Of a DNA stretch of 64,000 nucleotides, positions 28,364 to 36,962 are shown piece by piece. Position 1 is the stretch's first letter; each line of letters begins with the position of its first letter. Both the position numbers and the translations under genes were made by a program. The stretch covers positions 3,312,641 to 3,376,640 of the forward strand of contig OZ244860.1 of NCBI GenBank assembly GCA_965221035.1, read 5' to 3'. The notes under the pieces are model-generated. The model made no database searches and had not been told where the DNA came from. It saw nothing but the letters and a program-made list of their open reading frames with translations. This DNA is from Candidatus Rariloculaceae bacterium. Lineage in GTDB: Bacteria; Pseudomonadota; Gammaproteobacteria; Steroidobacterales; Rariloculaceae.

Positions 28364-29791
28364 TCACTCTCTACCGGCATTCGCCCTCACGGATTCGACC
28401 GCGTCATCCACGAGCGTGTCGACTTCGGCCTCGGAGTAACCCGAAAACGCCTCCGCGAGCTTGCCGCGAAGGTGCTCGAACTCTTCGTCGAGCTTGCGCA
28501 GACTGGTTTCCTTCCAGCTTAGCCAGAGTTCCTTCGGGCCGCGAAACGTGAAATTGGGGAAGTAGTCGAGCACCTGATCTTCCACCAGGCGCAGCGACGG
28601 CACCCGCTGAACCAGTGTCTCCATGGTGATCCGTGCCTCCAGCTGGGCGAGTCGATTGCCCAGGCAGAAGTGAATGCCGCGCCCGAAGGAGATATGTGTC
28701 CGGGCGTTCTTTCTGCGAATGTCAAAGGTCCCGGAGTCTCGATAGAGGCTTTCGTCGTGGTTGGCGGAACCCAGGGAAAGGAAAATCTGCGTGCCCGCCG
28801 GGATCTTGTGGCCGCCGATCTCGGTATCCCGGACCGCCACCCGACGCCAGCTGGTCTGCGGTGAGTTGAACCGCAGCACCTCTTCAAGAGCGTTGGGAAT
28901 CAAGGAAGGCTCGGCGCAGATCGCCTCCCAGTTCTCCCGCCGGGTCAGCAGGCAGACCAGCGAGTTGCCAAGAAAATTGCTGACGATTTCATGGCCTGCG
29001 AAGGACAGGCCGTAGACTACCGATTCCACTTCCTTGTAGGTGAGGTCGTCGGGGTCCGCATCGTGCCCCGCCAGCAGTTCCGAAGTGAAATCGTCGGCCG
29101 GCTCCCGATGGCGGTGCTTCACGAAAGACACGCAATACCGCCAGTAGGCGAGCATCTTCCTGGCGATATCGACCTGCTCTTCATCCGTCGCCTTGCCCCA
29201 GGTGAAGGCGAGCCGGTTGGTGGTCCATTCCTGAAGTTGGGGATCGTCCTCCCTGGGGAAGCCAAGCAGGCGGAAGATGGTCTCCCCCGGCAAGGGATGC
29301 CCGATGGTGGACACGAATTCGCAGGGTGCGCCAGCCTTGAGCATGCCGTCTACGAGGGCCTCGCAGCGCTCGCGAACATAGGGCGCCAGCGCCCGGATGC
29401 GTCGGCCGGAGAACCCTGCCTGGGTGTATTTCCTGATCCGCGTGTGGTCCGGACGGGCGCGGTTGGACATCACGGCGATGGGGTCATAGTCGGCCGCGGA
29501 AAGGACTTCGGCCGCGGCGTCGCAGATGGGCAGCACGGGATCCTGGACGTTTTCCGAGGAGAAGATGTCCGGATTGGTAAAAACGGCGGCGACGTCCTTC
29601 ATTCGCGTGACCACGAGGTACCCGAGTTCCTCGGAATAGAAGATTGGCGAGTCCTCCCGCCGCGGTCGCAGTTGCGAATAAGGGTCCGCGACGTATTCCG
29701 GCGCGAAGGGCGAGAATGCGTGATCCACGGGACATCCCTCGGGCCTGGGGGGGCGTTCCGTACGGATCTTGTGATAGGCGGTTTCGGTCAT
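28364..29791 (-). CDS. Cytochrome P450
   Basis: Start ATG 29791 (MTETAYHKIRTERPP...). Haem-thiolate loop FGRGIHFCLGNRLA, EEVLRF (ExxR), and AGHEIVSN (I-helix). An about 50-aa acidic C-terminal extension follows the P450 fold. Confidence 0.9.
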   Translation of the reverse strand: MTETAYHKIRTERPPRPEGCPVDHAFSPFAPEYVADPYSQLRPRREDSPIFYSEELGYLVVTRMKDVAAVFTNPDIFSSENVQDPVLPICDAAAEVLSAADYDPIAVMSNRARPDHTRIRKYTQAGFSGRRIRALAPYVRERCEALVDGMLKAGAPCEFVSTIGHPLPGETIFRLLGFPREDDPQLQEWTTNRLAFTWGKATDEEQVDIARKMLAYWRYCVSFVKHRHREPADDFTSELLAGHDADPDDLTYKEVESVVYGLSFAGHEIVSNFLGNSLVCLLTRRENWEAICAEPSLIPNALEEVLRFNSPQTSWRRVAVRDTEIGGHKIPAGTQIFLSLGSANHDESLYRDSGTFDIRRKNARTHISFGRGIHFCLGNRLAQLEARITMETLVQRVPSLRLVEDQVLDYFPNFTFRGPKELWLSWKETSLRKLDEEFEHLRGKLAEAFSGYSEAEVDTLVDDAVESVRANAGRE

Positions 29792-29885
29792 GACGAATGC
29801 CGGGATTGAGGTTGCTGGACGAGTATAGTGCCGCTTCAACCGGATGCGGCATGATCGGTTCGATGCGGCACTGAACGTCGATTTC

Positions 29886-31211
29886 CTAGTGAATGTCGAT
29901 TTCCTCCTGCGCGGCCAGCCGGGGCGATCGCAATGCCGCAATGGCGAGTGCCGCCACCAGGAAGGGGGTGGCGTAGATGAGGAAATTCAATCCCCTGGAT
30001 AGCCCCAGCCCGATCAACACTCCGGCCACCGCGGGGCTCAGGATGGCACCGACACGCCCGATGCCGATGCCCCAGCCAAGGCCGCTGGAGCGTGACCGGG
30101 CGTCATAGAGTCGCACCGCCGCGATATAAAGCGCAACAAAGCTGCCGTTGATGAAGAGGCCGGCGAAAAATGCCAGCACTGACAACACGGTCACGTTCAA
30201 GGGCATGAATCCGAACACCGCCATGAGCGCGAAGCTGCACGACAGGAAACCAATGAGCATGGGCCGCACACCCCGGGCGCGGGACCTCAGCCCCATCCAG
30301 AAAACGCCGATGGCGCCGCCCGTGTTGAAGATCACCGTGACGTAGATCGCGCGGTCCAGCGGCAGCCCGGCGCTGACGATGACCTGCGGCAGCCAGGTAT
30401 TGACGAAATACAGTCCGAAGATCACGCAGAAGAAGCAAACCCACAGCAGCGCCGTCCACGCCACCGGGTTGTCGTCGAACAGCCCCCGTATTCCCGTGCT
30501 GCCGTGCCGACGCGAAAGCGAGTTGGCCGCGTCGCCGTCCAACGGCCGCTGACCCATTCGCGCCAGCGTGGCGTTCAGCTTCGCCAGGCCGCGGCCGCCG
30601 GGTTGGCGCAACAGGAATTCGGGAGATTCGGGAACCAGCGCCAGGGCGAGCACGGTGACCGCCGCCGTCGCCGCACCGCCGGCGACAAACACCGATGTCC
30701 AGCCATACTGGGTCATCAGCGCAAGCGCCACCATGCCACCGAGGATGCCCCCGGCCGGGGCGGCGACATGCAGGATGCCGACACAAAGATTGCGGTGCCG
30801 GTCCGGCGCGAATTCCGCGACCGTGGTTGTGACGGTTGGCAGGATGGTGCCGATGGCGATACCGGCCAGAACGCGATAGATCAGCAGGTGCGAGATCGTG
30901 GTCGCGGTTGCCGTGAGGAACATGGCGCCCGTCAGGACTGCCAATGCCGCGCACATCACCGTGCGGCGCCCGAGATGATCGCTCAGCGGGGCGACCAGGG
31001 CCGACCCCAGGGCCATGCCGACAAACACGGCGCTGAGCACGACGCCCAGCGACTGGGGTTCGAGCCCCCATGCCTCGGACAGCACCGGCGCCGCGTACGC
31101 CATGGCGAACAGGTCGAACGCCTCGAAGATATTGATGGCGACACAGATGGCGATGACGCCCACCTGGTAGGGCGATACGGTTTCGAGCAATTCGGTCCGC
31201 CGGGTGTTCAT
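29886..31211 (-). CDS. MFS transporter (aromatic-acid/H+ symporter-like)
   Basis: Start ATG 31211, 1 nt after the stop of the upstream hydratase gene. A 441-aa 12-TM-type sequence with the loop DHLGRRTVM. The ORF-track extra 98 aa are discounted. Confidence 0.8.
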   Translation of the reverse strand: MNTRRTELLETVSPYQVGVIAICVAINIFEAFDLFAMAYAAPVLSEAWGLEPQSLGVVLSAVFVGMALGSALVAPLSDHLGRRTVMCAALAVLTGAMFLTATATTISHLLIYRVLAGIAIGTILPTVTTTVAEFAPDRHRNLCVGILHVAAPAGGILGGMVALALMTQYGWTSVFVAGGAATAAVTVLALALVPESPEFLLRQPGGRGLAKLNATLARMGQRPLDGDAANSLSRRHGSTGIRGLFDDNPVAWTALLWVCFFCVIFGLYFVNTWLPQVIVSAGLPLDRAIYVTVIFNTGGAIGVFWMGLRSRARGVRPMLIGFLSCSFALMAVFGFMPLNVTVLSVLAFFAGLFINGSFVALYIAAVRLYDARSRSSGLGWGIGIGRVGAILSPAVAGVLIGLGLSRGLNFLIYATPFLVAALAIAALRSPRLAAQEEIDIH

Positions 31212-31212
31212 T

Positions 31213-31992
31213 TCAGACGAATTCAACGGCCGCCTGACCGATTCCTTCCACTTCAACCAGCAGCCGGTCTCCGGCATGGACGGGTTGCAGCGGCACCAGC
31301 GAGCCTGAAAGGATGATCTCGCCGGCCTTGAGCGGGGTGTCGAATTCCGAGAGCGCGTTCGCCAGCCACGCCACGGCGTTCGCGGGGGAACCCAGCGCGG
31401 CGGCCCCCAGGCCGGTGGCTGTTTCAACACCGTTCTTCTTGACCACCATCCTGCAGGCGGGCAGGTCGACGGTGCCGGGCGCCACCCATCGATCACCCAG
31501 GACAATCAGTCCGCAGGAGGCATTGTCCGCCACGGTGTCCTGGATCCTGATGCGCCAGTCCCTGATTCGCGAGTCGACGATCTCGAAACAGGCGGCCAGT
31601 CCCTCGGTGGCGGCGAGGACCTCTTCCGCGGTCACGCCGGGACCTGCCAGGTCGCTGCTCAGCCTGAACGCGATTTCGCCCTCGACCCTGGGACGAATCA
31701 GGTCGCGCGCGATTTCCACCTTGTCGCCGCTGTGATGGATCATGGCATCGGTGAGAAAACCGAAGTCCGGTTCATCGACGTTCAGCGTCTCCTGGACGGC
31801 CTTGCTGGTCAGCCCGATCTTCTTGCCCACAACGCTCTCGCCTTCGGAAAGACGCCGGTCCAGCACCGCCAGTGAAATCCGGTAGGCGTCTTCCATGGTG
31901 AGATCGGGGACGCGTTCGGTCAGCGGTTCGATGGGCTTCTGCTCCAGCCGCGCTTGCCATAACTCCGCGCTGAACTGTTCGATCAGGTCCAA
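31213..31992 (-). CDS. 2-keto-4-pentenoate hydratase / 2-oxohepta-3-ene-1,7-dioate hydratase family (MhpD/XylJ/HpcG-like)
   Basis: 259 aa with GKKIGLTSKAVQ, EGEIAF, EIVDSRIRDW and ILSGSL strings typical of this hydratase/decarboxylase family. Confidence 0.8.
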   Translation of the reverse strand: MDLIEQFSAELWQARLEQKPIEPLTERVPDLTMEDAYRISLAVLDRRLSEGESVVGKKIGLTSKAVQETLNVDEPDFGFLTDAMIHHSGDKVEIARDLIRPRVEGEIAFRLSSDLAGPGVTAEEVLAATEGLAACFEIVDSRIRDWRIRIQDTVADNASCGLIVLGDRWVAPGTVDLPACRMVVKKNGVETATGLGAAALGSPANAVAWLANALSEFDTPLKAGEIILSGSLVPLQPVHAGDRLLVEVEGIGQAAVEFV

Positions 31993-32079
31993 ATTCGTTC
32001 TCCTGTTCCTCCGCCATTCTCGCGGAAATTCGACTCTTTTTCTGGCTGATGCCCAATCATGGTACGGAAAGGGCGCCGA

Positions 32080-32829
32080 TCAATACGTCGCCCGTCCGCC
32101 GGACAGATCGAAAGCCGCGCCCGTGCTGAACGAACACTCCTCCGAGGCGAGCCAGGCCACCAGCGCCGCGACCTCCTCCGGTTCGCCGAACCGCCCCAGC
32201 GGAATTTTCGACAACATGTAGTCCACATGCTCCTCGCTCATCTGGTCAAGGAGGGGTGTGCGCACCGCGGCCGGTGTCACGCAATTGACCAATACGCCCG
32301 TTCCCGCCAGCTCCTTGCCCAAGGACTTGGTCATGTTGATGAGTCCCGCCTTGGATGCGCTGTAGGCGGATGCGTTCGGGTTGCCGTCCTTCCCCGCGAC
32401 CGAAGCGATATTGACGATCCGGCCATAGCCCGCGGCGACCATGGTCGGAATCACGGCCCGCGTGACGAGGAAGCTGCCGACCAGGTTGACGTCGATGACG
32501 CGCCGCCAGTCGTCCGGCGGATATTCCCATAGCCGGTGGTTCGGCCCGGAGATGCCCGCGTTGTTGATGAGAATATCGACCTGGGGATGCGCCTGAAGCG
32601 TCGCTTTCATCGCCTTGGCCACGGAATCGCCGTCGGCAATGTCAACTTCGATTCCGGTAACCTCGCCGGCAGATGCCATGTCGTTCCGCAAGGACGCGAC
32701 TGCGTCATCGAGTTCGGTACCCGGAAGGTCCCATGCGGCGATGCCGGCGCCGGATTGGCGCAGTCTGTGAGCGATGGCATGACCCAGCCCGCGGGCGGCC
32801 CCGGTGACAATCGCGATTCGGTCAGGCAT
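32080..32829 (-). CDS. SDR family oxidoreductase (FabG-like)
   Basis: Start ATG 32829 gives MPDRIAIVTGAARGLGHAIAHRL. Also NNAG and YSASKAGLINMTKSL (YxxxK). The ORF-track 743-aa form is a read-through artefact antisense to the neighbouring gene. Confidence 0.9.
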   Translation of the reverse strand: MPDRIAIVTGAARGLGHAIAHRLRQSGAGIAAWDLPGTELDDAVASLRNDMASAGEVTGIEVDIADGDSVAKAMKATLQAHPQVDILINNAGISGPNHRLWEYPPDDWRRVIDVNLVGSFLVTRAVIPTMVAAGYGRIVNIASVAGKDGNPNASAYSASKAGLINMTKSLGKELAGTGVLVNCVTPAAVRTPLLDQMSEEHVDYMLSKIPLGRFGEPEEVAALVAWLASEECSFSTGAAFDLSGGRATY

Positions 32830-32849
32830 CGCGGAGGTACGGCGATGGA

Positions 32850-34346
32850 TCAATAGTCCAGGAAAATCCCTTCCGCCGGATCCAGACCGCCGTGGAAGCC
32901 GCCCTGGTCGCGCACGACCCGGCCCTCTCCGTTGTCGTCGTAATGCACCCAGACCAGGCCGTGGGCGTCGCCGTAGCCGGGCATTTCGATGGTGGCCATC
33001 TGCTCGCGCGTGGCCGTGTCGAATACGTACAGGACCCCCTCGGCGTTGCTGGTGCCCCAGACTTCCCGACCGTTCGGAGCCAGCAACACGTGGTCGATCA
33101 TGTAGCCTGCGAACACGGTTTCCAGGCCCCGGCCGGTGGCCGTGTCGAGCACCGTCACGGTTCGCCCCATGAACCCCGTCGTTTCGCCCTTGTCGGCGAC
33201 CCAGATTTCCGACTCGTCGGCGTTGAGCGTGGCGCCGTAGGGGCCGATGCCCGCCGCCGCATGCCAGGCGATCTCGCCGGTCTCGATGTTGATCCTGGTC
33301 ACGCTGGAAGAGCCGCCGGCGGGCACATACATGTACTCGGAAGCCGAATCGATCACGATCCAGTCGCCCCGGTAGCCGGGGTAGGGGTACTCCTGTTCCA
33401 CTTCCCAGGTGTCGGGGTTGATCCGCGCCACCCAGAACGGCCGCATGGTGGTGAGGCGCCCGACGTTCATGCTCGACGCCCCGACAAAGGCGTCCATGCC
33501 GCGCGGCCCATAGCCGGCAGGCTGCATCAGGATGTAGATGGATTCGCCGTCGGTATACGAAGTGTAGGAACTGCCGCCCAGGTCCTCGTCGCGGACGCCG
33601 CCGACGATCTCGTCCGTCTCGGTGTCGTAGAGGAACACGTCCAGGCCGTCGTCGGCCCGCGCGAAGGTGTCGATCAGCAGGAGGTTGTCCCGGAAGATCT
33701 GGCCGTGGTGCAGTCGCCCGCCCATGGTGACGATTTTCACCGGCTGCAGCGTCAGGGCGTCCACCTTGACCATGGCCGTGGTGGAGAGCAGCGTGGGCTG
33801 GGTCTCCTCGGAGAGCGCGCCGATGATGTAGACATGCCGGGCGTCCGGCGAGACGACCGTCGTGTGCACGCTTGTGCGCAGTTCCGGCGCCAGTTCGCCA
33901 TAGGCGATGACTTCCTTGGTCTCGGCGTCCCCCACGACGACCCGGTTGGATTGGGCGGTGACCATGTTGCGGCCCACCGAGAACCGGTTCGTGATGACAC
34001 CCGTGTTTTCGTAGAAATAGGTCTTGCCGGGCTGCGGCTCGAACTTCGGTTCGCCGGGCTCGAATTCCGCGACGACCTCGTTCCGGAAGGTGCTCATGAT
34101 GTTGCCCGTACGCGATTTTCGCTCCCAGCTGTCGAGCACGGTCTGGAAGGGTTCGATGCCGCTGACGATCCGGTCGCGTTCCGATTGGGGAAATTGCTCC
34201 AGGGCTTCCGGATCGGGCGGGAATACGGGAATCTGGCCGGCCGCCATTCCGCCCGGACCGCCCGGCCCCATGCCCGAATCCTGGGCGGACGCCGCCTGCA
34301 GGCACAGGCAAAGACCGATACCGGACAACATTCGTAACAATTTCAT
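32850..34346 (-). CDS. Secreted beta-propeller protein, paralog 2 of 3 (no haem motif)
   Basis: Start ATG 34346 gives the Sec signal MKLLRMLSGIGLCLCLQAASAQD. No CxxCH anywhere. Aligns along most of its length with paralogs 1 and 3, for example VHTTVVSPDARHVYIIG, GGRLHHGQIF, and the C-terminus VVRDQGGFHGGLDPAEGIFLDY. Confidence 0.7.
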   Translation of the reverse strand: MKLLRMLSGIGLCLCLQAASAQDSGMGPGGPGGMAAGQIPVFPPDPEALEQFPQSERDRIVSGIEPFQTVLDSWERKSRTGNIMSTFRNEVVAEFEPGEPKFEPQPGKTYFYENTGVITNRFSVGRNMVTAQSNRVVVGDAETKEVIAYGELAPELRTSVHTTVVSPDARHVYIIGALSEETQPTLLSTTAMVKVDALTLQPVKIVTMGGRLHHGQIFRDNLLLIDTFARADDGLDVFLYDTETDEIVGGVRDEDLGGSSYTSYTDGESIYILMQPAGYGPRGMDAFVGASSMNVGRLTTMRPFWVARINPDTWEVEQEYPYPGYRGDWIVIDSASEYMYVPAGGSSSVTRINIETGEIAWHAAAGIGPYGATLNADESEIWVADKGETTGFMGRTVTVLDTATGRGLETVFAGYMIDHVLLAPNGREVWGTSNAEGVLYVFDTATREQMATIEMPGYGDAHGLVWVHYDDNGEGRVVRDQGGFHGGLDPAEGIFLDY

Positions 34347-34568
34347 TTGAGTTGCTCCTCGCAGAACCCGGCTCATCCGGTCCTGTCCGCGCCAGAATAC
34401 TTCAACTTAGCGATCCGATACGACGCCGTCTAATCAAAGTTGGTGATATCGGGCAATTTGTTCTGCCAATGTTGGTCGGAAGCATCCTGAGAATGCGTAT
34501 GGTTGCATAATCGTTTTTGGGGATCGAGTTTGGGAGGCTGATATGGGCAGCGGTTTATCGACCGGGGT

Positions 34569-34991
34569 CTAAGGTAAGACGGAGCGTTGGCAGCTGCGTC
34601 TTCCGTTGGCGTCTGGATCAAGTAGTCCAACGCGGATAGTGCGACCGCGATGGCTTTTATGGTTGTCAAGGATCCGCCGGTCGCGACCCGTTCTCGATCT
34701 GTGACAGATAGGCAGGACTAATTCCGTTCCGGCGCGCCGGGACAATTCCATACCACTGCGACGACGGTACTCGCGGCAGACCCGCACGAGATTTTCGCCG
34801 TCGAGAATGCGATTGGCGAACACGACGGGGATCAACTCATCGTGACCTTCCGCAAGGTGTTATCTAGCCGCGACGTAGGCTTGCGCGTCGGCCAAGTCTT
34901 CAGCGGCTTAATACAGTCGCTCGTATACCTCAATGCGAAACACGATCATGTGCTCGCGAGTCGGCGATTCGATTACTTGCACATAGCGCAT
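34569..34991 (-). pseudogene. Decayed toxin-antitoxin remnant (short RelE/ParE-like tail ORF plus frameshifted XRE-type HTH antitoxin)
   Basis: On the minus strand, ATG 34991 to TAA 34908 encodes only MRYVQVIESPTREHMIVFRIEVYERLY. Downstream, three different frames together spell a typical HTH antitoxin: DELIPVVFANRILDGENLVRVCREYRRRSGMELSRRAG / SPAYLSQIENGSRP / LTTIKAIAVALSALDYLI. This implies at least two frameshifts. Confidence 0.5.
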
Positions 34992-35038
34992 TGTTGTCCC
35001 CCGTACTTGTATACGCGACCGCGAGGGCCGTTGACGTA

Positions 35039-35603
35039 TCTGCGGATTGCGGCCGTTTCTTGATTTGCTACACTACAGGCCTGCCCGGTATTCCCACGCG
35101 CTCAAGCTGCGGATTGCGGCCGTTTCTTGATTTGCTACACTACAGTCTTCAAGCGATATGACGCCGATGTCGCTGCGGATTGCGGCCGTTTCTTGATTTG
35201 CTACACTGGTACGGCCTAACGGAAGTCCTCCGCCCATGCTGCGGATTGCGGCCGTTTCTTGATTTGCTACACTGGATTCGCTGGCCCTAAAGGTGTCGGT
35301 AAAGCTGCGGATTGCGGCCGTTTCTTGATTTGCTACACTCACAAATACATGCAGGATTGCGACCTGGGCGCTGCGGATTGCGGCCGTTTCTTGATTTGCT
35401 ACACTGCCGAACCCTTGCGATCCACGATCAGGTTCGCTGCGGATTGCGGCCGTTTCTTGATTTGCTACACTGCCGAACCCTTGCGATCCACGATCAGGTT
35501 CGCTGCGGATTGCGGCCGTTTCTTGATTTGCTACACTCGCGAGAGACATCACACTTCGATTGACCAAGCTGCGGATTGCGGCCGTTTCTTGATTTGCTAC
35601 ACT
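35039..35603 (+). CRISPR. CRISPR array, 9 x 36-nt repeats, 8 spacers (type II-C); strand given is the predicted crRNA sense
   Basis: Repeat (+ strand) is GCTGCGGATTGCGGCCGTTTCTTGATTTGCTACACT. Copies lie at 35039, 35106, 35172, 35238, 35304, 35370, 35436, 35502 and 35568, each 36 nt. Only the first copy deviates (T for G at nt 1). Spacer lengths are 31, 30, 30, 30, 30, 30, 30 and 30 nt. Spacers 6 (35406-35435) and 7 (35472-35501) are identical. Orientation is inferred from the + strand anti-repeat and terminator at 40135-40257. Confidence 0.97.
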
Positions 35604-35652
35604 GCCCGTGATGTAAGGCACTGAATCGTCGCCGGTTTTGTTCGTCCGCTGG

Positions 35653-35979
35653 TCAAAAAAATTCCAGTTGGGCGGGTGGAGTCGGCGGCGATTCACGCGT
35701 TTTTCCGACATAGGTTTCGATGCGGCCAAATTGCTTGTCTGTAATTGTCAGAAATCGCACCTCTCCTGCGGACGGAACACGACTCCCCATCCTGGCTGCG
35801 TGAATCTTGGCGTTCTCGATAGATGCACAGTGCCGTATGTAGACGGAGTACTGCATCATTGTAAATCCGTCCTTAAGGAGGTCTGTGCGAAATCGAACAT
35901 AGGCTTTGCGAGCTTTGGGCGTATTCGTCGGGAGGTCAAACATCGCGATTACCCACATAGTACGCCAGCCCCATGGCAT
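35653..35979 (-). CDS. cas2: CRISPR-associated endoribonuclease Cas2
   Basis: MPWGWRTMWVIAMFDLPTNTPKARKAYVRFRTDLLKDGFTMMQYSVYIRHC... matches the type II Cas2 pattern (MFD.P....ERKAY.KFRK.L...GF.M.Q.SVY). The start is ambiguous: ATG 35979 (chosen, 108 aa), ATG 35958, GTG 36000, or TTG 36018 overlapping the cas1 stop. Confidence 0.85.
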   Translation of the reverse strand: MPWGWRTMWVIAMFDLPTNTPKARKAYVRFRTDLLKDGFTMMQYSVYIRHCASIENAKIHAARMGSRVPSAGEVRFLTITDKQFGRIETYVGKTRESPPTPPAQLEFF

Positions 35980-36014
35980 TGCCTTTGCTGTCCCTACCAC
36001 TTGCCGGTCCGGCT

Positions 36015-36950
36015 TCAACCGATTTCCGAAGCATCTACGAGATCGTATTCCAAAGGTAGTCCTTGGGGCAGAGATAATTTCCGGTCGCCTCCAGTCAAAG
36101 CGCGGCACAGTGATGCGGCACTGGTATGCAGGGCGAGCAGAATTGGTTCCCGCCGTGCGCCCACGATGATCGTTTCGTTGAGCAGAGAAAGAAGTTCAGC
36201 ACGAGTTTCCCGCTCCGCCAAGTCGGGAAACGAGTCGTGAGTAGTCCCCACAATTTGCCGCACTCGCCAGTCTACATAGGGACGGTATGGCTCCAGCAGG
36301 TCGTCCGCTAGGCAAAAGGGATTCCCGCGATGTCGATGATGTACTCCGATCGAGGGAATCAGTCCCGCTGCAACGACGGCACGGGCGACGGCAGCTCGCA
36401 CGATGGCGTAACCGTAATTCAGCAGCGCGTTAATGCCACCCGCTGTTCGGTCTCGTCGAAATGTCTTTCCGAAAAGTCGCGGCCAATACCTTTGCGCAGC
36501 TTGGGCCTCGATATTCGCGGGATCTCCCGAGCGTACGCGGCGTGTCAGTTGGCCAAGCCCGCCATGATTTCCGGTGAAATGCGACAGTACAATGCCCTGC
36601 TGCTCGATCTTGGCCCGCACGATCGCCTGCCAGGCCTGCTTGCGTACCGGTTTGCTGGCTTTGATCTGCGCACGGTGGCGTTCTGTCTGGACGTGATGCG
36701 CATCGAGCGGAAGCATCATTCCGGCGGGGAGATGATCGCGACCCGTGACCATGACTGTTGCACCGGCTTCCAATAACGAAAGAAATACAGATTGTGTGTA
36801 GGTCGCACGGATGTCGTCGACGATCACAACGCCAAGATCTTCAATCGGCAGAGTCACTCTTGGCATACTAGATCGCTCTACCACTAACTGACGGTAGGCG
36901 ACCGAGAGACGGGTTCCCGGGGTTGAGAATTCTACGGTCTTGCGGATCAC
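36015..36950 (-). CDS. cas1: CRISPR-associated endonuclease Cas1 (type II)
   Basis: 311-aa ORF with a GTG start 12 nt after the cas9 stop. Cas1-like strings NALLNYGYAIVRAAVARAV and GVHHRHRGNPFCLADDLLEPYRP. Position is between cas9 and cas2. Confidence 0.9.
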   Translation of the reverse strand: MIRKTVEFSTPGTRLSVAYRQLVVERSSMPRVTLPIEDLGVVIVDDIRATYTQSVFLSLLEAGATVMVTGRDHLPAGMMLPLDAHHVQTERHRAQIKASKPVRKQAWQAIVRAKIEQQGIVLSHFTGNHGGLGQLTRRVRSGDPANIEAQAAQRYWPRLFGKTFRRDRTAGGINALLNYGYAIVRAAVARAVVAAGLIPSIGVHHRHRGNPFCLADDLLEPYRPYVDWRVRQIVGTTHDSFPDLAERETRAELLSLLNETIIVGARREPILLALHTSAASLCRALTGGDRKLSLPQGLPLEYDLVDASEIG

Positions 36951-36962
36951 TTCCAGCCGAAT

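Noticed and set aside
32830-34311. Upstream 494 aa of the 743-aa ORF 32080..34311
   Set aside because: Only the last 249 aa (from ATG 32829) form an SDR. The remainder is an R/G/P-rich frame antisense-overlapping propeller paralog 2.
34842-35063. 73-aa plus-strand ORF next to the array
   Set aside because: It runs into the first CRISPR repeat and has no RBS or motifs. The minus strand here shows the toxin-antitoxin remnant instead.
35039-35603. Alternative orientation: array transcribed on the minus strand, co-directional with cas9-cas1-cas2
   Set aside because: This would require a minus-strand anti-repeat. The only repeat-complementary segment (40135-40173) is followed by a terminator that works on the + strand and preceded by a + strand promoter. 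The extended -10 TGcTACACT is also only present in the + reading of the repeat.
35073-35729. ORFs across the CRISPR array (35073..35729 minus; 35259..35624 and 35312..35563 plus)
   Set aside because: Their periodic peptides (SVANQETAAIRS..., AADCGRFLICYT...) are simply translated repeats, so they are not genes.
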